In this document: in pieces, positions 1 through 14,050 of the stretch
Layout of the letters: the number at the start of each line of letters is the position of its first letter
Numbering within the stretch: position 1 is the stretch's first letter
NCBI GenBank assembly: GCA_973895155.1
Contig: OZ316892.1
Coordinates: 10,644,283-10,708,282 of the forward strand
Origin: Marsupella aquatica
Taxonomy: Eukaryota; Plantae; Marchantiophyta
Reading direction: 5' to 3'
Length of the DNA: 64,000 bases
Notes under the pieces: model-generated
The model's database searches: none
The model's input: only the letters and a program-made list of their open reading frames with translations
What the model was told of the DNA's origin: nothing
Program-made: the position numbers and the translations under genes

Positions 1-149
1 GTGTGAGGGGGAGACCAACAATTGTTTCTTTGACATAGAGGTTGCATTTGGCGTCAACTTGTCTTCACAGTGAGCTTCAATTGAAGACTAGAGGGATGCA
101 AACAATTCAAGTCAGGAAGCAAGCATTGTGGACAAGCGATGACGATGTG

Positions 150-1040
150 ATCAAAGAAATCAATTTGCAACGGCTAAGTTTTTGACAATGACGAGATTGT
201 GATATCTCTTAATCGAGAAAGGGTTTCCAATGAGCCTCAGATTGATAAATTTTGTAAAGTTCTAAATGAGTTTTTGAATTTCTTTGCCTTTCCAATGAGT
301 GTGAGTATAAGAAATTTTGATCATGAGTTCATGAATTCTTTTCGCTTTCCAACATTGAGTTCGACATTGTCAAATTTTGTCACGATACTAGAGAGATCAT
401 GAGGTTTTCAATCTCTTCAGCTTTCTAATGTGTGACATTGAGATTATTTGTCAAGAATTAGAGAGATCATGAGTATCTGAAATTTTCTAGCTTTCCAATG
501 AACCTAACATTGATAGATTTTGTCAAGTACTAAGGAGATGATGAGTTTTTTTATTTTACTCTAGCTTTCCAATGAGAGGTCTAAGTATGTTTCTAAATCT
601 TGATCTTGAGTTTTCCAATGAATCAAACATTGACAGATTTTATCAAGTATTAAGGAGATTGATTATTTAGTTTTACAATGTGACGCCAAAGGGGTTTTAA
701 CTATGTACATTTCTATCAATTGGTTTTTTCAAACTTGCAAACAATTAAAAAATACAAGCATTTTGATATAAAACACTTATACATCTTTGACAAACATCAT
801 AATGGTAACTTTATTTTACTAAATGACATCTCTTCCTTTGTATTTTGGTTTTTTTACATTTAATATTTACGGCATGGCGCCCCAAAAATTACATTACTTT
901 TGCCACAAACAGGAATGTGCATGTTTGTCATTGTTAAAAGTATGATCATTCCTGTTTATGGCTGGTTGTGATGATGTGGCGCAACCTCGTGGCAGAGAAT
1001 TTGCAAGAGACTTCTCATGGGGGTCCGTAAATATACAAAG
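150..1040. repeat. TE-derived repeat: degenerate ~70-bp tandem units plus segment shared with 38960-39420
   Basis: Unit gagatcatgag..gctttccaatga..acattga.agattttgtcaagtactaag recurs several times. 610-1030 aligns by eye, in the same orientation, with 39000-39415. Confidence 0.75.
863..1034. mobile_element. Small MITE with TACGG...CCGTA ends (Tc1/mariner-like); related copies ~21130-21335 and ~39250-39415
   Basis: Perfect 10-bp inverted repeat ATATTTACGG (863-872) / CCGTAAATAT (1025-1034). The internal motif tttgccacaaac...gatgtggc...aatttgcaagaga..atgggggtcc is shared by all three copies. Confidence 0.55.
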
Positions 1041-3385
1041 AAATTTGGGGACCAGATGATTGAAAGTCACAGTAGAGACGTTCCTATGTACGCAGCCTTG
1101 TTGGACAAAAGAGCTCTGGAGTCCTAGACCTGGTCCATACTATTAAAGGAATATGACAAAATTACCCCTCCGATTCGCTAAAATTTTCTAAACATTCTTA
1201 AAGTTGTAAATGTTTTTTTGAATTTTTTACCCCTACTAATTTGGAGTATTCTTGGAATATACCAAAATGTGTTTTTAATCCCTACTTTTCCTTAAAAATC
1301 TCAAAATTATATTTAAAAAACATTACTAATGTTCTCAAAAAAATTTGGTAATGTTTTTTTTGGGGGGGTAAGTCTTTTCTTAGAATACCCCTCCTGGAAG
1401 ATATGTTGATTTTGTTTTCTTTGTGCCCGTCCCCCAAGGTTTTTGCCTTTTGGATACAATGAGCTTTTTGGGGTATGGTACATAAATCCAAATTTAAACT
1501 TTAAAATACATTATTTGAAACTTTAATCAATTCCATTAATGATACAAAAGCATTAACCTCCATATTCCGTCAGACAGGGATCACATCGTAGGCACACGCT
1601 CTGGACAGTGAAATATCTGGGTTTAGAGTTAACACGTTATCAATTTACTAACAAAATGAAGGCTTTCTCACTCATCCTTCAGTAAGCTCTCTTAACCGGG
1701 GACAGGTCGAGTACTTTCCGTCCTCCCTTTTAACCCGAGTTGTATCAATAATGGGACAGCTCCACGTACGTCCATTCTTCACCCAATCAAAACTATCGAG
1801 GACCTGCCCATTGCACCAGGCACTTAGTTTATTGTTGTTTAATTTGTAAGATGATATTGATTTGCTTGATCTGTCCTGAAAAAACTAATAAACTATCCAC
1901 GACCATCTGACGACCGTCCATTCCTCCCAGTTGTATCTCTATAAACGCACCACGTGTCCCATGGAGGTGTTTATAATGGTGACAAAAGGTGGTTTCAAAA
2001 CGAATATTTTGAGCTTCTGTCTGATGTTCTGGACCCGTTTTGGCACTGTCTTATGAATCTATTGTAGAGTGTAATGTTCCCAAAAGACCCTCATAATTTA
2101 CCGTTAACGACACATCCAAATAGAGTACATATAGGTTGAGAAAAAATCAGAATAAAGCGGTTCTTGGTCTTTGCACCTCTTGACATACCCATTTGGGTTT
2201 CTGCCCTTTATATGGACTTGGCACTGGGCGCCTTTTCCCCAACAAAGAAAACCCAACAAATGAGAAATAATTGTGCATAACTTGAAACTCCCTTACAATC
2301 AGACTTTCATGTCAAACTACTCTGCCAGGTAGCAGTGCTTCTCTACTGTTGAAAACTCAAACAGTTGACTTTATTGAGTTTTCATTTTGAGTTATAAAGT
2401 TGAAGCTCCCTTTACTTCCCCAAACATTGAAAGTTGCAATTGGCTTCAAATAAGGTTATCAGATGGGACGTCATAAATTATGGGTTAATGTTCTTCTAAA
2501 GACAATAAATAATACATATGTTTAAATTTTGTCAGGTGCAATTTAGAGGACCAAACCATTAGCTTGGTTGATATGTTTGATAACATGACATGGAAAGGTC
2601 ATTTCTGTTTACTCATGCTTTACAAGAATGAGTAAACAAACAAGTCTTTATTTTCTAGACTAAGATGTCATCCTAACTTTTAATTTAGGGTGGATAGCCA
2701 TAATTTGATTATAAAATACATCTCGCTGCCTCTTTCGCACGGGTATGCCCAAACCTACAATGCTAACGAGTAACACAAAATGGTGACTCCTACACTTTTC
2801 CTGGTGGCCAAAGTTTAGAGTTTACACCACCACAAGAGGTGGTCTAAATTTTTGTCCTCTCCATCGTTTGGAAGGCATTGATTGCTTTCCCCACCCTGGC
2901 CCAAGTTGTGACACATTCAATTTTTGTCTGATCTCCAAGAGGTGATGGGGCCATCCATTGAGGAGATCCAACTACTGTTCACTTTGCAAAATGTTAGGGG
3001 TTGTTTCCTTCTAAACTGTTGCCGATCCTACATGGAATGGAGTGGGTCCCAAGTTTTCTTTTGTGTGGCACATTGTTGTCCCAGATTTTAGATGGCCTCT
3101 CTTGGAGGCATGTGGCCCATTGGTCCATTCCTATTTGAGACTTTGACATAAAATTGGACCCACATGCCCCTCTTCAGATTTGCTCGTGTCACAGCAAGAA
3201 CGACCCTACCACCCTAGCCAAGAACTATGTGGTTTTTATGTGGAATGGGTATTACTTGTCTCCTAGCAAATCATTCTAGTGCCATTTGCTACAGTTTGCT
3301 TTACAAGACATTGGGGGACATAAATTGATTCCAATCCCGCTTTTAGCCAAGGGGCACTATCTTTAGGATTTCACATGGCTGATAG

Positions 3386-3553
3386 CAGTATATTTTTTAA
3401 GGTTTTTACTTTTTCGCCAGAGTGGCGAATGTCCAGTGTGCGAAGGAGGAGATGCTTAAAAGATTCCTTGTTTTATTGTTTTCTGGCCGTCAGATCTCCC
3501 TAGATGTAAGGAACACTGTTAGATGCCTGATAGACCTTTGGTGAAAAAACACT
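3386..3553 (-). mobile_element. hAT-type MITE fragment, same family as 31073-31351 (opposite orientation)
   Basis: cagtatattttttaagg...ccagagtggcgaatgt...ggccgtcagatctccctagat matches the reverse complement of ~31190-31351. Confidence 0.65.
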
Positions 3554-4429
3554 CAAACAGCTCCCAAGGTCTTGCCATGGTACCCTAATAGAGGGATGGT
3601 AACCTACGAATGGAAAACGTATCTAATGGAGGGCCAACATATTTTGCAGTGAAGCGTTAAATAAAACAGCATGATTGTATAGGTAAGCCTATGGCAAGTC
3701 AGTGACATGCCTCTTGTCTAGGATTTTCAAAAAGTGTTACCCCTTCTTTGGTTGGTGAGTTCGGTGGCTGTCAGGTTAGGTGTTCGTCTAGGTGTTCTCT
3801 AGTGGGTCCTTCTTGCCCCTGATGAGACGCACTCGCTCATTTTGCACTGTACTTTTTGCAATGTCACTAATCTTGGTTTTGCCATGATCCAAAAATAATA
3901 ATATGAGTTATCCTTTATTTTTCCAATATATTTTTTGAGTTGGCATTTTAGCTTCTTTTAAACCACAACTGCACATATAAGAGCTCTGGGTAACTGTTAG
4001 CTCTCCTTTCCACAATGAATTAATGGAGGGATTGGGAAGGAGTGTTGGCGAGGCCCAGCTTTAAGATGAGCTCCACTTTTTTTGGTCGGCTCCATTATTC
4101 CGTACAAGTAGGAATGAATAGTATCCGAGCAAGGGAGCCTCATTTTTTTGTTTTTGTTGTTTTTTGTTGTTTTTTTTTGGGGGGGGGGAGGGGGCGCAGA
4201 GTATGTCAATACCACACAAGGGGGCAAAAGCCACCCATGCAACCAAAGGAACAAACAGCAGCCTGTGCTGGGGGAGCAACCCCACAAACCAAAATAAAAC
4301 CCTAGTCAGGCGAAGGCAATCTAACCAACCACCGCCTAGGTGCACTGCAACCGCCCAATACAGTTGAGTGCCGCCCAGCAAAAGGCAGCCCTGAAACCTA
4401 GTACTCAATAAGTCCTGTTGGGACCAGAT

Positions 4430-7270
4430 TTATCTATAGACTCCAGCCTACTCTTCCTATCAACGGTGTTCAAAAATAAATTCCTAAGTCTAGTGCGAAC
4501 TCCTCTAATGTCCTGTTGCATGATGTAGTATGTCTTCCTCTCACAGTCACTAGGCCCTCTAATGGCCAGTATCATCAATGTTAAGGGCAATTATGTTCTT
4601 AGTAGTCTCCCATGGCTTAAGAATAACCTGGAGCTGATCAATGGCTTTTCAGAGTTGCTTGCTTCACGGATTGACAAATGTCCAGCATGGAGTGCAAATG
4701 TGTTCCTACCAAGGAAGTGGGAGTAAGTGGCGTCATTGCTTTCCTTCCACAAGCTGTTGCACATCTCCATAACCAACACCAAGGGGTCAGGTTTAATTTC
4801 CTTAAATTGTGCACTTGAATGGCAGAGGTGATTGCTTGGAAAAGGGAGCCCTGTGAGAATTGCAACACTATGGAATGTTGCAATAATATATGGATCTCAC
4901 TCCATCTATCAGTAACCTTGCTACAATTGAAGAACATATGTTTATAAGCTCAAATTGGGTTTTGCACCTACAGCATTTTACTAACCTGTCCCCCAAATTA
5001 CCCAATATTGCTAAGGTGCCCCCAAAACAAAATTGATTAATATCAACATGTCTCTCATTTAGTATTTGTATTAATATTAACATGCATACGGGTTCCCATT
5101 ACCATGTGGCAAGTTGCTACTGGATAGCCTGAGCCCACTGCGGCCCCCCTTCATCGGCCTCACTTGGCTCCGGGAACCCATATATGAGTTAATATTAAAC
5201 CAGATACAAAATGGGGGACAAGTTGATAATTAATTTTGTTTGGGGGACAAGTTAATAATATTGGATAGTTTAGGGGATAACTTAGTAAAAAGCTGTTTGC
5301 ACCTATCACAAATCCTATTGCTCACCCCCAGTGGCTAGCTCTGCCATTATTGAAGAACCCATGGTTCAAAAGTCGCCAAATGAAAATCTCACCTTTGGAA
5401 ATGACCAACCACCCCAAAGTTTCTTCCACTTCTGTTGCCAACACTCTGTGCACTTAATTTGACCCCAATTTGACGTCGGTTCAGGTTTGTCACGTGAAGC
5501 ATGGGGCCTTGGTTGCAATTGACCAACATGCACTTTGTGAGGAACTTCCAGCCCCGGTTTTCCCCATTGCCATCCTTTTCTGCTCTGCAGCCGAGGTATT
5601 CTATAATGCGAGCAAACAGGAATTTTGTTAGAGAGGGGAGTATTGTTAGCGAGACACTTGTTGTTTTAAATTTCTTTTGTTTTTTGGTGCTTTTCTATTT
5701 TTTGTGTGTTTTTTATGACTCCAGATGGCTAGCGAGATAGCTAGCAAAAAGAGAGTCCCCAAAATGGATGTTATCAACAAGGTTCCTGTTAGGGAGGCAA
5801 TTGCATATAGAAAAATTAGGGGTCATGTGAGGAAATTTTTTGCTCCTGCGAGGAAAATTTCTACTATTTCCTCGCACTCTACAATGACCCCAGCCCATCC
5901 CTAGTGAAACCAGAACTTTGCTGCAGTTTGTTGTAGAAATGTGTGGAGTCAGCAAATCCCACCTGCCGTGTGCTCAATCCTCAATCATTGGTTGAGCACC
6001 TCAACAGGAATTGATCCAGGCCCCCCTCTTGTGTCTGGAGATCCAATAGCTTTGTGATCCTCCGATTGGCCAAAAATTTCCACACTCCCCTGTTCAAAAT
6101 TTGGTTAATATTGAACATGGGAGTGTGTGAACAACAGGGATGAGAGAGGGCAGCCTTGCCTCACTCCCCTTCCCAAGTAAATTGTTTCAGTAAATCTCCC
6201 ATGTAATTGATGTGTACTTTAGATTATGTTTGCTCAACCAGCCCTTTCACCACAGTAATAACATGCTCATCAAAATTCATTTCCCTACTAACAGTACACA
6301 AAAAGAATGTGCAGCCCAATCATAAGCTTTGGTGAAGTCTAATTTGAGGAAGAGAAGGGGTTGCTTAGTACTGAGTGGAGCACACTCCTGTGCCAACTTC
6401 TATGTCATCAGGTTGTCAAAAATATCAAGCCCTGGGATAAACCAGGTCTGGTGTGGATCAACAAGCTTGCTGGCCACCTTCTTCACCAAATTGGCTAGTA
6501 ATTTGACTAAATTCCTCAGTCAAGGTGAATATAGTCAGGGGTCTCCAATTGATGAGATCCATGATTTCTTGATTTTTTGGAATCAGTTCGACTACCCCTG
6601 CAGGGGCCCTGGTAGTCGGTTTCAAATAAGCCCGTGTCATCCCAATATAATTATACAAGCTGGTTTCATGAAGTCCCAACCCTTCATCAACATTTCCGCT
6701 GTGACCCCATCAATCCCAAGGGCTTTCTCTTTGGGGAGATCAGAGATTTGTTAGCCAAGATCAGAGGGTCCTCCATGGATCTAGAGAGACTTGAAAGTAG
6801 GATTCTAATTTTAGGAGAGTTGGATCCTAAACATTTACTACTATCTCCTCCATGGGTAAGAGCTGAGATAGTCACTCTAGCTAATCCCCAAGAACTTCAA
6901 GATTAAGCTATTGCATATGCCAATACGTCTTTGGGGATTAGCCTTTGCTATATACTTCATGAAAAAGTTAGTGATTTTTTCACTAACTAGGGTGGGCAGC
7001 TGGAGTTATCTTATGAACAGATACCTCTACATGGTCTTCTGTTGTTCCTTTTGCTTCCAAAAATGACTATATTTTGTTACTCTCCCTGCAATCTGTCTCC
7101 ATGGGGTTTCCAAGGTACAGTGTAATCTTCTTTGACTGCAGATCATGTGTTGATTACGTGATTCCATGCTTGACGTCTTTGGTTCTAGTTTGCCATAATT
7201 GTATCTTGTTTGGCTTTGGTCCGTTTCTCTCAAGGAGAACTGAAGTCCCCTCTGGAGCTATTTCTCAAAG
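4430..7270 (-). mobile_element. Decayed L1-clade LINE (ORF2: reverse transcriptase + zf-RVT)
   Basis: Minus-strand motifs in L1 order with frameshifts: LPKEKALGIDGVTAE (~6700), GVVELIPK..NWRPLT (~6540-6590), FLKLDFTKAYDW (~6330), GRGVRQGCPLS (~6150), then FIWRLLNHGF and CDRCK..HMFFNC zinc finger (~5380 to 4920). Boundaries are approximate. Confidence 0.85.
4971..5295. mobile_element. Mutator-like foldback MITE with 10-bp TSD, inserted in the LINE zinc-finger codons
   Basis: Imperfect ~125-bp inverted arms (cagcattttacta.../...tagtaaaaagctg). Exact flanking direct repeat TTTGCACCTA at 4961-4970 and 5296-5305. Confidence 0.85.
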
Positions 7271-8599
7271 CCAAAAATAGAGCCTATTATGTTTTTTGTT
7301 GTTTGATAAATTTTATCAATACAAATTAAATTTGGGCTGCCAGATTTTATCCTGGATTTTATGCCCCTAAAGTGACATTTGTTTCATTAAAATTATCTCA
7401 AAGCAAACTAAATAAGAACCAGCTTCAATTTTCCAACATCCCGCAATTCAAGACCACCATAACTTACCCAGCCTCAGTTCAAATCTCTCCAGCCTTTTAT
7501 CATTGGCAAATTCTTACTTGCCATTGCTCCAGTGACTACCACAAAAGGGGTTAGCCACCATATCATGCCTAGGTGCATGGCCATCTGTTTCATTCTCCAT
7601 GTCCCTTGCATGGGTCCACCATTAATATTTGGGCTTGCAATGTGGGTTTCATTTTCCCAATTTAGGACAATAGTTTACTTTGTGTTCTTCGAGGGTGACT
7701 TTTGGGTGTTCTTGAAGCAAGGTCGTTTGTTAGGGGCACTTTTGGCTTCACCCTCTATGTAGTTAGGGTTGTCTTTATTGTATGTCAATTTTTCTTCAGA
7801 TGTTGCTCTCATTGCAGGTGAGGCAGTCCGATCACTTCACAAATAGGTAGCCATTCCGGAATTATAAAATTATTCTTTAGATGTTCCTGACCGATCTTTG
7901 ACATGCCATTTGTTTTGAGTTTGATTTCAGTACATCTTAGGTTTGATCTATAAACTATGTGCTGCTTTTCTTCTAATACCTCCACTACATATATAAAATT
8001 GCCCGGTCTGTGTACAATCATATCCTGCAACATTTTGCTTTATGCTGAATTCTGTGGACTTGATGAGTTGGCCACATGTTTACAATATGGTGTGTCACAA
8101 AGGACTACTCAGTGCAAGAGGGAGTCAGAGTAACTTTTTTGTTGATTCTTTTTGTAAATTGTTTTCCTGTCATGGACCTCGTCACTATTGTCAAAATAGT
8201 ATCGCCACAAACCGTTTTGTTCAGCTTGGCTAATTAAAGCTTAGTTTTCAGTATTGTGATGGGGGCCCAAAAAATGGCCCCAGAACTTAGGAGTCCACCA
8301 TTTTGTCGCTCAAGATTGTATTGTCACCAAACCTCTCATTCAACCTACGGTGACCACGTAGCTTTGGTCACTCCCGGTTAAAAAACAAAGCTGGCCCCAA
8401 CCCTAGCCCCATTCCAATCTACCCCGGGTTCAAACCCTTCTCCAAACAAAGAGGCCCAACCTGTGGGCCCACCCTTCCCCCAATGTGGCCCCATTGAAGA
8501 GATGGCCACATGGCGAGGATTGGTGATTTGGTGGGCCACGACCCCGCCCTCCAGGTATGGGAAGGAATGACAAATCGGATCCACTCCTATAACAAGGAT

Positions 8600-8790
8600 C
8601 GAATCTGCCTCCCTCCTGCCCCTTTTGTCTGCCCCGTGGCAAAAAGCAAAATCAAAAATTTTCCTCCCTCCTGCCCCTTTCTGTCTGCCCGGTGGCAACA
8701 AACAAAACACATTTCTTTCCTCCCTCCTGCCCGTTCTGTCTGCCCGGTCGAAAGCAGAAACAAATAAACAAAATCTTTCCTCCGCTTTCG
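8600..8790. repeat. Three to four degenerate ~55-bp tandem units
   Basis: cctccctcctgccc.tt(t/c)tgtctgccc.gt(g/c)g.aa...aaa repeated at ~8607, ~8663 and ~8719. Confidence 0.7.
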
Positions 8791-11700
8791 TCACTCTCTC
8801 CCTCTGCCTTCTTCGGTCTCCTGTGATTCATTGCATTGCATTGCATGGGGGCGACGGCGTAAGTACGTGCCACCAGACCAGAAGTCTAGACAACGGCTGG
8901 CTGGGAGGAAGCGGCAAGTTCGTTCCCTCCCTTTACGGAATGGGCCCTGATGATTCATAATATTCATCAGGTGCGATCCCGCAGTCCGGAGGTTCCTACT
9001 GCTCCTCATCGACTCCTGTCCAGTTTCGCAGAGCTAAAAGGCTACTGGTACAGTGCTGTGGGTGGCTGCATCTATCCATCGATCGATCGAGGCTGGTGTA
9101 AATTGTGCCTCCCCCACACAGGGTGAGGGACTGAGGGGTCCATGACTCCATGGCAATTGCACTGCGCTGTGATGGAGGATGGTGGGGCACACAATCACGA
9201 GAAGGGATTGTGACCTTCCAAACTGTGCACAGATCCACATTGATTATGTATTCACTTTGTCGAGTCAGAGCGGGTTTAAAAATCCCAGAAATCGCGTAGT
9301 ACAGAATTGGAGGCCTACGTACTTCGGCAGTCTGTCTGTGTCTGGTCTCTCTCTCTGTCCCAAACCCAATATTCTTTGCCTGGTCTACAGTAGTACTCTG
9401 TGATTTGAGTCATGGGAGAATCACAATGGCTGACAAATGCAGCCACGTCAGGTCCGGCAGTCAGGATCGTGGTCAAGGTTATTTAATGTAATACTAGGAA
9501 CGTGCCATTAACTTTGCAAGGTTGCAGGTTTGGGTTTTAGAAATCTATATTGACAGGTTTCTGTCTATCTGGGTTAAATATAGATTTTCTTTCGACACAA
9601 GATATGGACTTGCAGGCAATCTCCAGTACTCTCAAGGGGATTATTTTTTGCAATGTGCAAACGCTGTATGGATCATGTGGATCCTGAGCAACAAAGTAAT
9701 TCATGTCACAATGTGGATTTCTCAAGATATGAATATTGATCCAAGCAATGTTGTTCAAGATCCTGATCGACCAGGAAGTCAACATGATGTCATGACTGGC
9801 TAAACATGCAGCAGGATCCAGAAATTGTAACTATGCTTGACTGACTGGTTAACTCATGTCCTTGAGGCTCTTTTATTCCGTTACAAAAGCGTGCTCGTCT
9901 TATAAACACTTCCTGATACTTTGTGTTGGCAAGAAAATTTCACATCTTGTTTTTCATCGCCATTAACCCAGTTGGTTTGTAAGTACTCGATCTCCGTTCA
10001 GCAGCTGAGAGAAAGCAGTCAAGCTATAGGTGGAACGTACAGTCTACGTCTAATGTAAGAGTGGGCTGCGGCCCACAGCAGACTGACTCCCCTTGTTTCA
10101 TTTACGTTTATTCCTTTATTCCTATTTATTGCTTAATTAAAGAAACTCCACGGCCAGTGAGTGATGCCTTTACCTCACCTAATCACGTGGGCAGTCAGTA
10201 ATCTTTGATTACAGCCTGTTTCTCCCTCTCCGATCAGACACTTCCTGCGTGCAAGCTTTGCGTGACCCGGCAGCTCAGGAGCCAAGTGAGTGGTCCTTGA
10301 GGCTGTACATATGTGCACATGAATCGATTGGAAGGGCCTCCAGTCATTTCTTGACTCATGAATCTCGTCTCTGTATCCTTTCTTTGCATAAACACATGTA
10401 TCTTCTTAAAGAGACGGTTTACAGTTTGGAATCTCCCACCCTTACTCGCATCGTAAGTATAGTTCAAATATCATGATTTATTGTTACTAAACAAATAAGC
10501 TTGTGGTTCCAGTCTACCGAGTACATCATGAAGGCTAGACTTCGATCGTGACCTAATAATTTTTGTTAAGAAGAGGACCTGCAACTTGGGTAGCTCGCAA
10601 TGAGAGACTCTCGCTTACTTCTTTGGGGTATTTGTTGGCTATGCATTACTTGTACATAACCCTGGCTCTTCCTCGTGGTGTGTATATTGTATCATTGTAT
10701 GGAATTCTCTGGGTGTGAATACGTATGCTGTTTAATACATGTCCCGAACATCTATTTTAACTCGAGGTAGAATAAAATTATTAGAGTTCTCACCCTAGAT
10801 GTCCGGATGATGTAAGCCAGCCAGGTAACTACGAAAGAAAGAACCCGAAATCTCGTTTCTGAGTACGCCTGAAATCCTTTTCAAGGTACCGTACTTTTGG
10901 CCGTAGCACAGTACTCTAGTATGGTATACTGGAGCTGATGTTGGTAGTTCCATGGCGGTACTGAGTACTTGACATGACAACATGTGATTTGTCTTGCACA
11001 GGCAGCTCTGGCATGGCTTGCTCTTGCCTGCTGCTGCATAGCGCTAGCTCGCCCAGCTTTCTCTCTAGCCCGTATTCCATGATCGATCAATACCGTATGC
11101 TTGGCATTGGTGCTGCATTGTCGGTCCACAAAGCGCATGAGCTGCCGCGATCTAGTCAAAGCTGGTACCGAGTACTCACTCACTCTGCGAGTAGTAGTAC
11201 GCATCAGTCTGGCTTGTTTTGGCTACGGATGATTGAATATGTCTTGTGTTGTGTATCAGGCATCGAAGCTAGATGCAACGACAGGTTGAGCGTCTGAGCG
11301 AGAAATGTTTAGCAGTACAGTGGATATGACCCGTGATTCCGTGAAGTTGTAGCCATCTGTGGATCGAGCCAGCGAGTATATTATGTGTGTTTAACACTGT
11401 CTAGCAATTCTTGCACTGCAACAATTTGTAGGCGTGGTACGGCGAGTCACCAATGGTTGCATGCTGTGGGGCGACATGACATGACGCAATTTTCAGAAGA
11501 GTGCAGTCGCTGCCTGCACCTCAAGGCTAGGATTGTTTGTCATTGTTAGGACATTCAAGTCACCATTTTAATTAAGCATCGATTGTAAGCTTGATCCCAC
11601 ATCGAAAGTAGCTTCTCTCAGTGGAGCAGAAGTGCACACAGTCATAGACACATTTGATGCCTCAATCTCGAAGTGACCTACAATTTGGTGTCGTGTACAA

Positions 11701-13757
11701 TATAAGTGCTCTCGTCATACTTGACGTAGGTAACCCTTTATTTGCACATCAAAATATGATAATATATTATTATATAATATATTATATCTCTTTGTACCAT
11801 GATAAATGTAATTAAATTATTGAATGTATTTAACATATAATCACATTTTGACCAAAATATAATAACATCAAATATATTATATATTTTCATACCATGATAA
11901 ACTTCATTATTCTCCTTGACCTCAATGAGTGTATATGGTATATTATCATCTGTGATTACAGGGTGTACTACCCATGGTTCCTCTCTAACTAATGACACCT
12001 TTAGCAACTACCCCGGCAAGGACCCAATTCCTTCGATCTAACTCATTCCAATACTTTTATCTCCAAAGCACCTGAGAATATTGCCACAATGATTATAGAG
12101 CACATTTGTAAACTAGTCTGATGGCCGTCCTTTGAAAGTCAACAATTATTGAGAACAAAAGGAAGTTAGTTTCACATACACCACCCTCTAGACAGTAGGT
12201 TTCTGCCCAGCCAATAATAATTGAGAACAAAAAGGACTAAGTTACTTTCACTTCCCAGCCCACTGGAAAGTAGGTTTCTACCCACTCTGGCTTCAAGGTC
12301 TAGAGGCACCACTCTAAACTGTAACACAGACTCTAGTCTCTCATAGCTTATAATTATGATAAAACTACCTTAATGAATATGTGTCTCACAATATTGTCTA
12401 TAGTAAGTGATGATCAGTGGAAATGTGTCAAGCATGAGTGAGATGGCCATGCAATCAGATGTTGCAGGGAGTTGCAGAGTTGGCAAGTAAGCCTAGTAAC
12501 TGGATTTCAAGTGTGTTCAAGTTGCAAGGACAGTGACGGGTTGGGCGCAAACAAGGTGCAGGCAATGACACCTTTAGGCTTATCTTGTGGTTAGGAAAAA
12601 ATGTCACCATCAATAATAGAGTTATGGTCAGGGAGGTTACCCATCATAATGACAGTCTGTAAACTGGCTATAATTAAAAAAGAATGAAGACAGTTGAATG
12701 TTATAGTGTTTAGATAAGACTAGCAAGGATGTCCATTCTTTAAATTCTAAAAGAAATGATGACAAAAAATTGTGATCATCTTTTGACATACATAATATCC
12801 CATCCTTCTTTCCATCCACATAAATTTGGGTAGGGCTCTAGCATCATGGTCTAGAGTCTTCACTCTAGAAGCCTAGACCCCAACTCTAGCTTCATATTGT
12901 GATTACTTAAAATACAGATATGCTATGGTAAATAGTATTTCAAGAAGCAACATTCTGTATCAAAAGCACAATATACTTAGACATAATTATTGTGAACTTA
13001 AATTAGTACTTGTACACTCCATGCTCTACATTCAAGATTATTAACAATTTGGACACAAATGAAATGTTAAGGTATTTCAATTGATTGGCTGCGAACTATG
13101 AGTAAAAATATTGGCAGCAGACCATGGTTCATGTTAAATTGGCTGATGTCAGGGACGGGTCCGGTAACTACACATCAGAATATAACATATGTGACGTAAG
13201 ACATCCTCCATACCATGATAAAATATTGTCTGGTTTGTACATAGTGGAAGTTAGTGAAAACATAGGATTAAAGAAGGCGGTCATCATAGAAACTAACACT
13301 AATACCTAAGTAAATCAAACTGTATTTCACAGGATGTGAAGATTGTCTGGGAACATCTAGGAAACAAAAGGGCAAACTGAATGGTGAGCTACATCAAATG
13401 TGCTCCTACTGTGTCCTTGAGTGCCTAAACAATGATTCATGAAAAGTTACCTATTAAAATAGTGGATGAAGTTGAAGGTTTCCATGTCAAACAGCTTTGC
13501 ATGAAGAACATTCCAAACTCACACTACAAGGACGCTAACTCAACTATGGCCCCGACTCAGGCAAATAACATCAAAACTGGTTACTAATATCAGTCGCTGA
13601 TATCAGTTTATCAGCCACTTATAACTGAATGATGATGTTGTGTATCAAGAAACCACAAGCTTAGCTTCCAATCACCTTGTACAAATGGGGTAAGAGCTTT
13701 AAAAAAATATTCAAAGCATAATTTAGGAATATTTGAAGTATTCCAATGTCAAATGGC

Positions 13758-14050
13758 TTGGGGGCTCACTATATGGATGCCACCTCAACACCTATGATGT
13801 TGTTAGGCCTCAGACCCCCTATGATAGAGAAAACAATATTTTATTTCAACCCCTATAAAGTTGGAAATATGGTTAGGAAAACCCTAATGTTCTTATAAGT
13901 CTCAAAATTGGATTTAAAAGACTCTATTGTTCTTGTGAGAAAATTCTTAAGTCTTTATTCTGAGAAAATACTTAAGTCTTCCTTTCAAACCAATGAAATG
14001 ACCCTATCCTTTGTTGCACGTGATGTGCCATTTGAGGGTAATGTGTCATT
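13758..14050 (+). mobile_element. MITE fragment, same family as 33994-34274
   Basis: Begins cttgggggctcactatatggatg and shares cctataaagttgga...ccctaatgttcttataagt...accctatcctt with the 33994 copy. Related pieces lie at ~1160-1500 and ~14445-14640. Confidence 0.7.

Noticed and set aside
3819-3850. CTGATGA motifs (also ~60704) as hammerhead ribozyme cores
   Set aside because: No properly placed GAAA or supporting stems.
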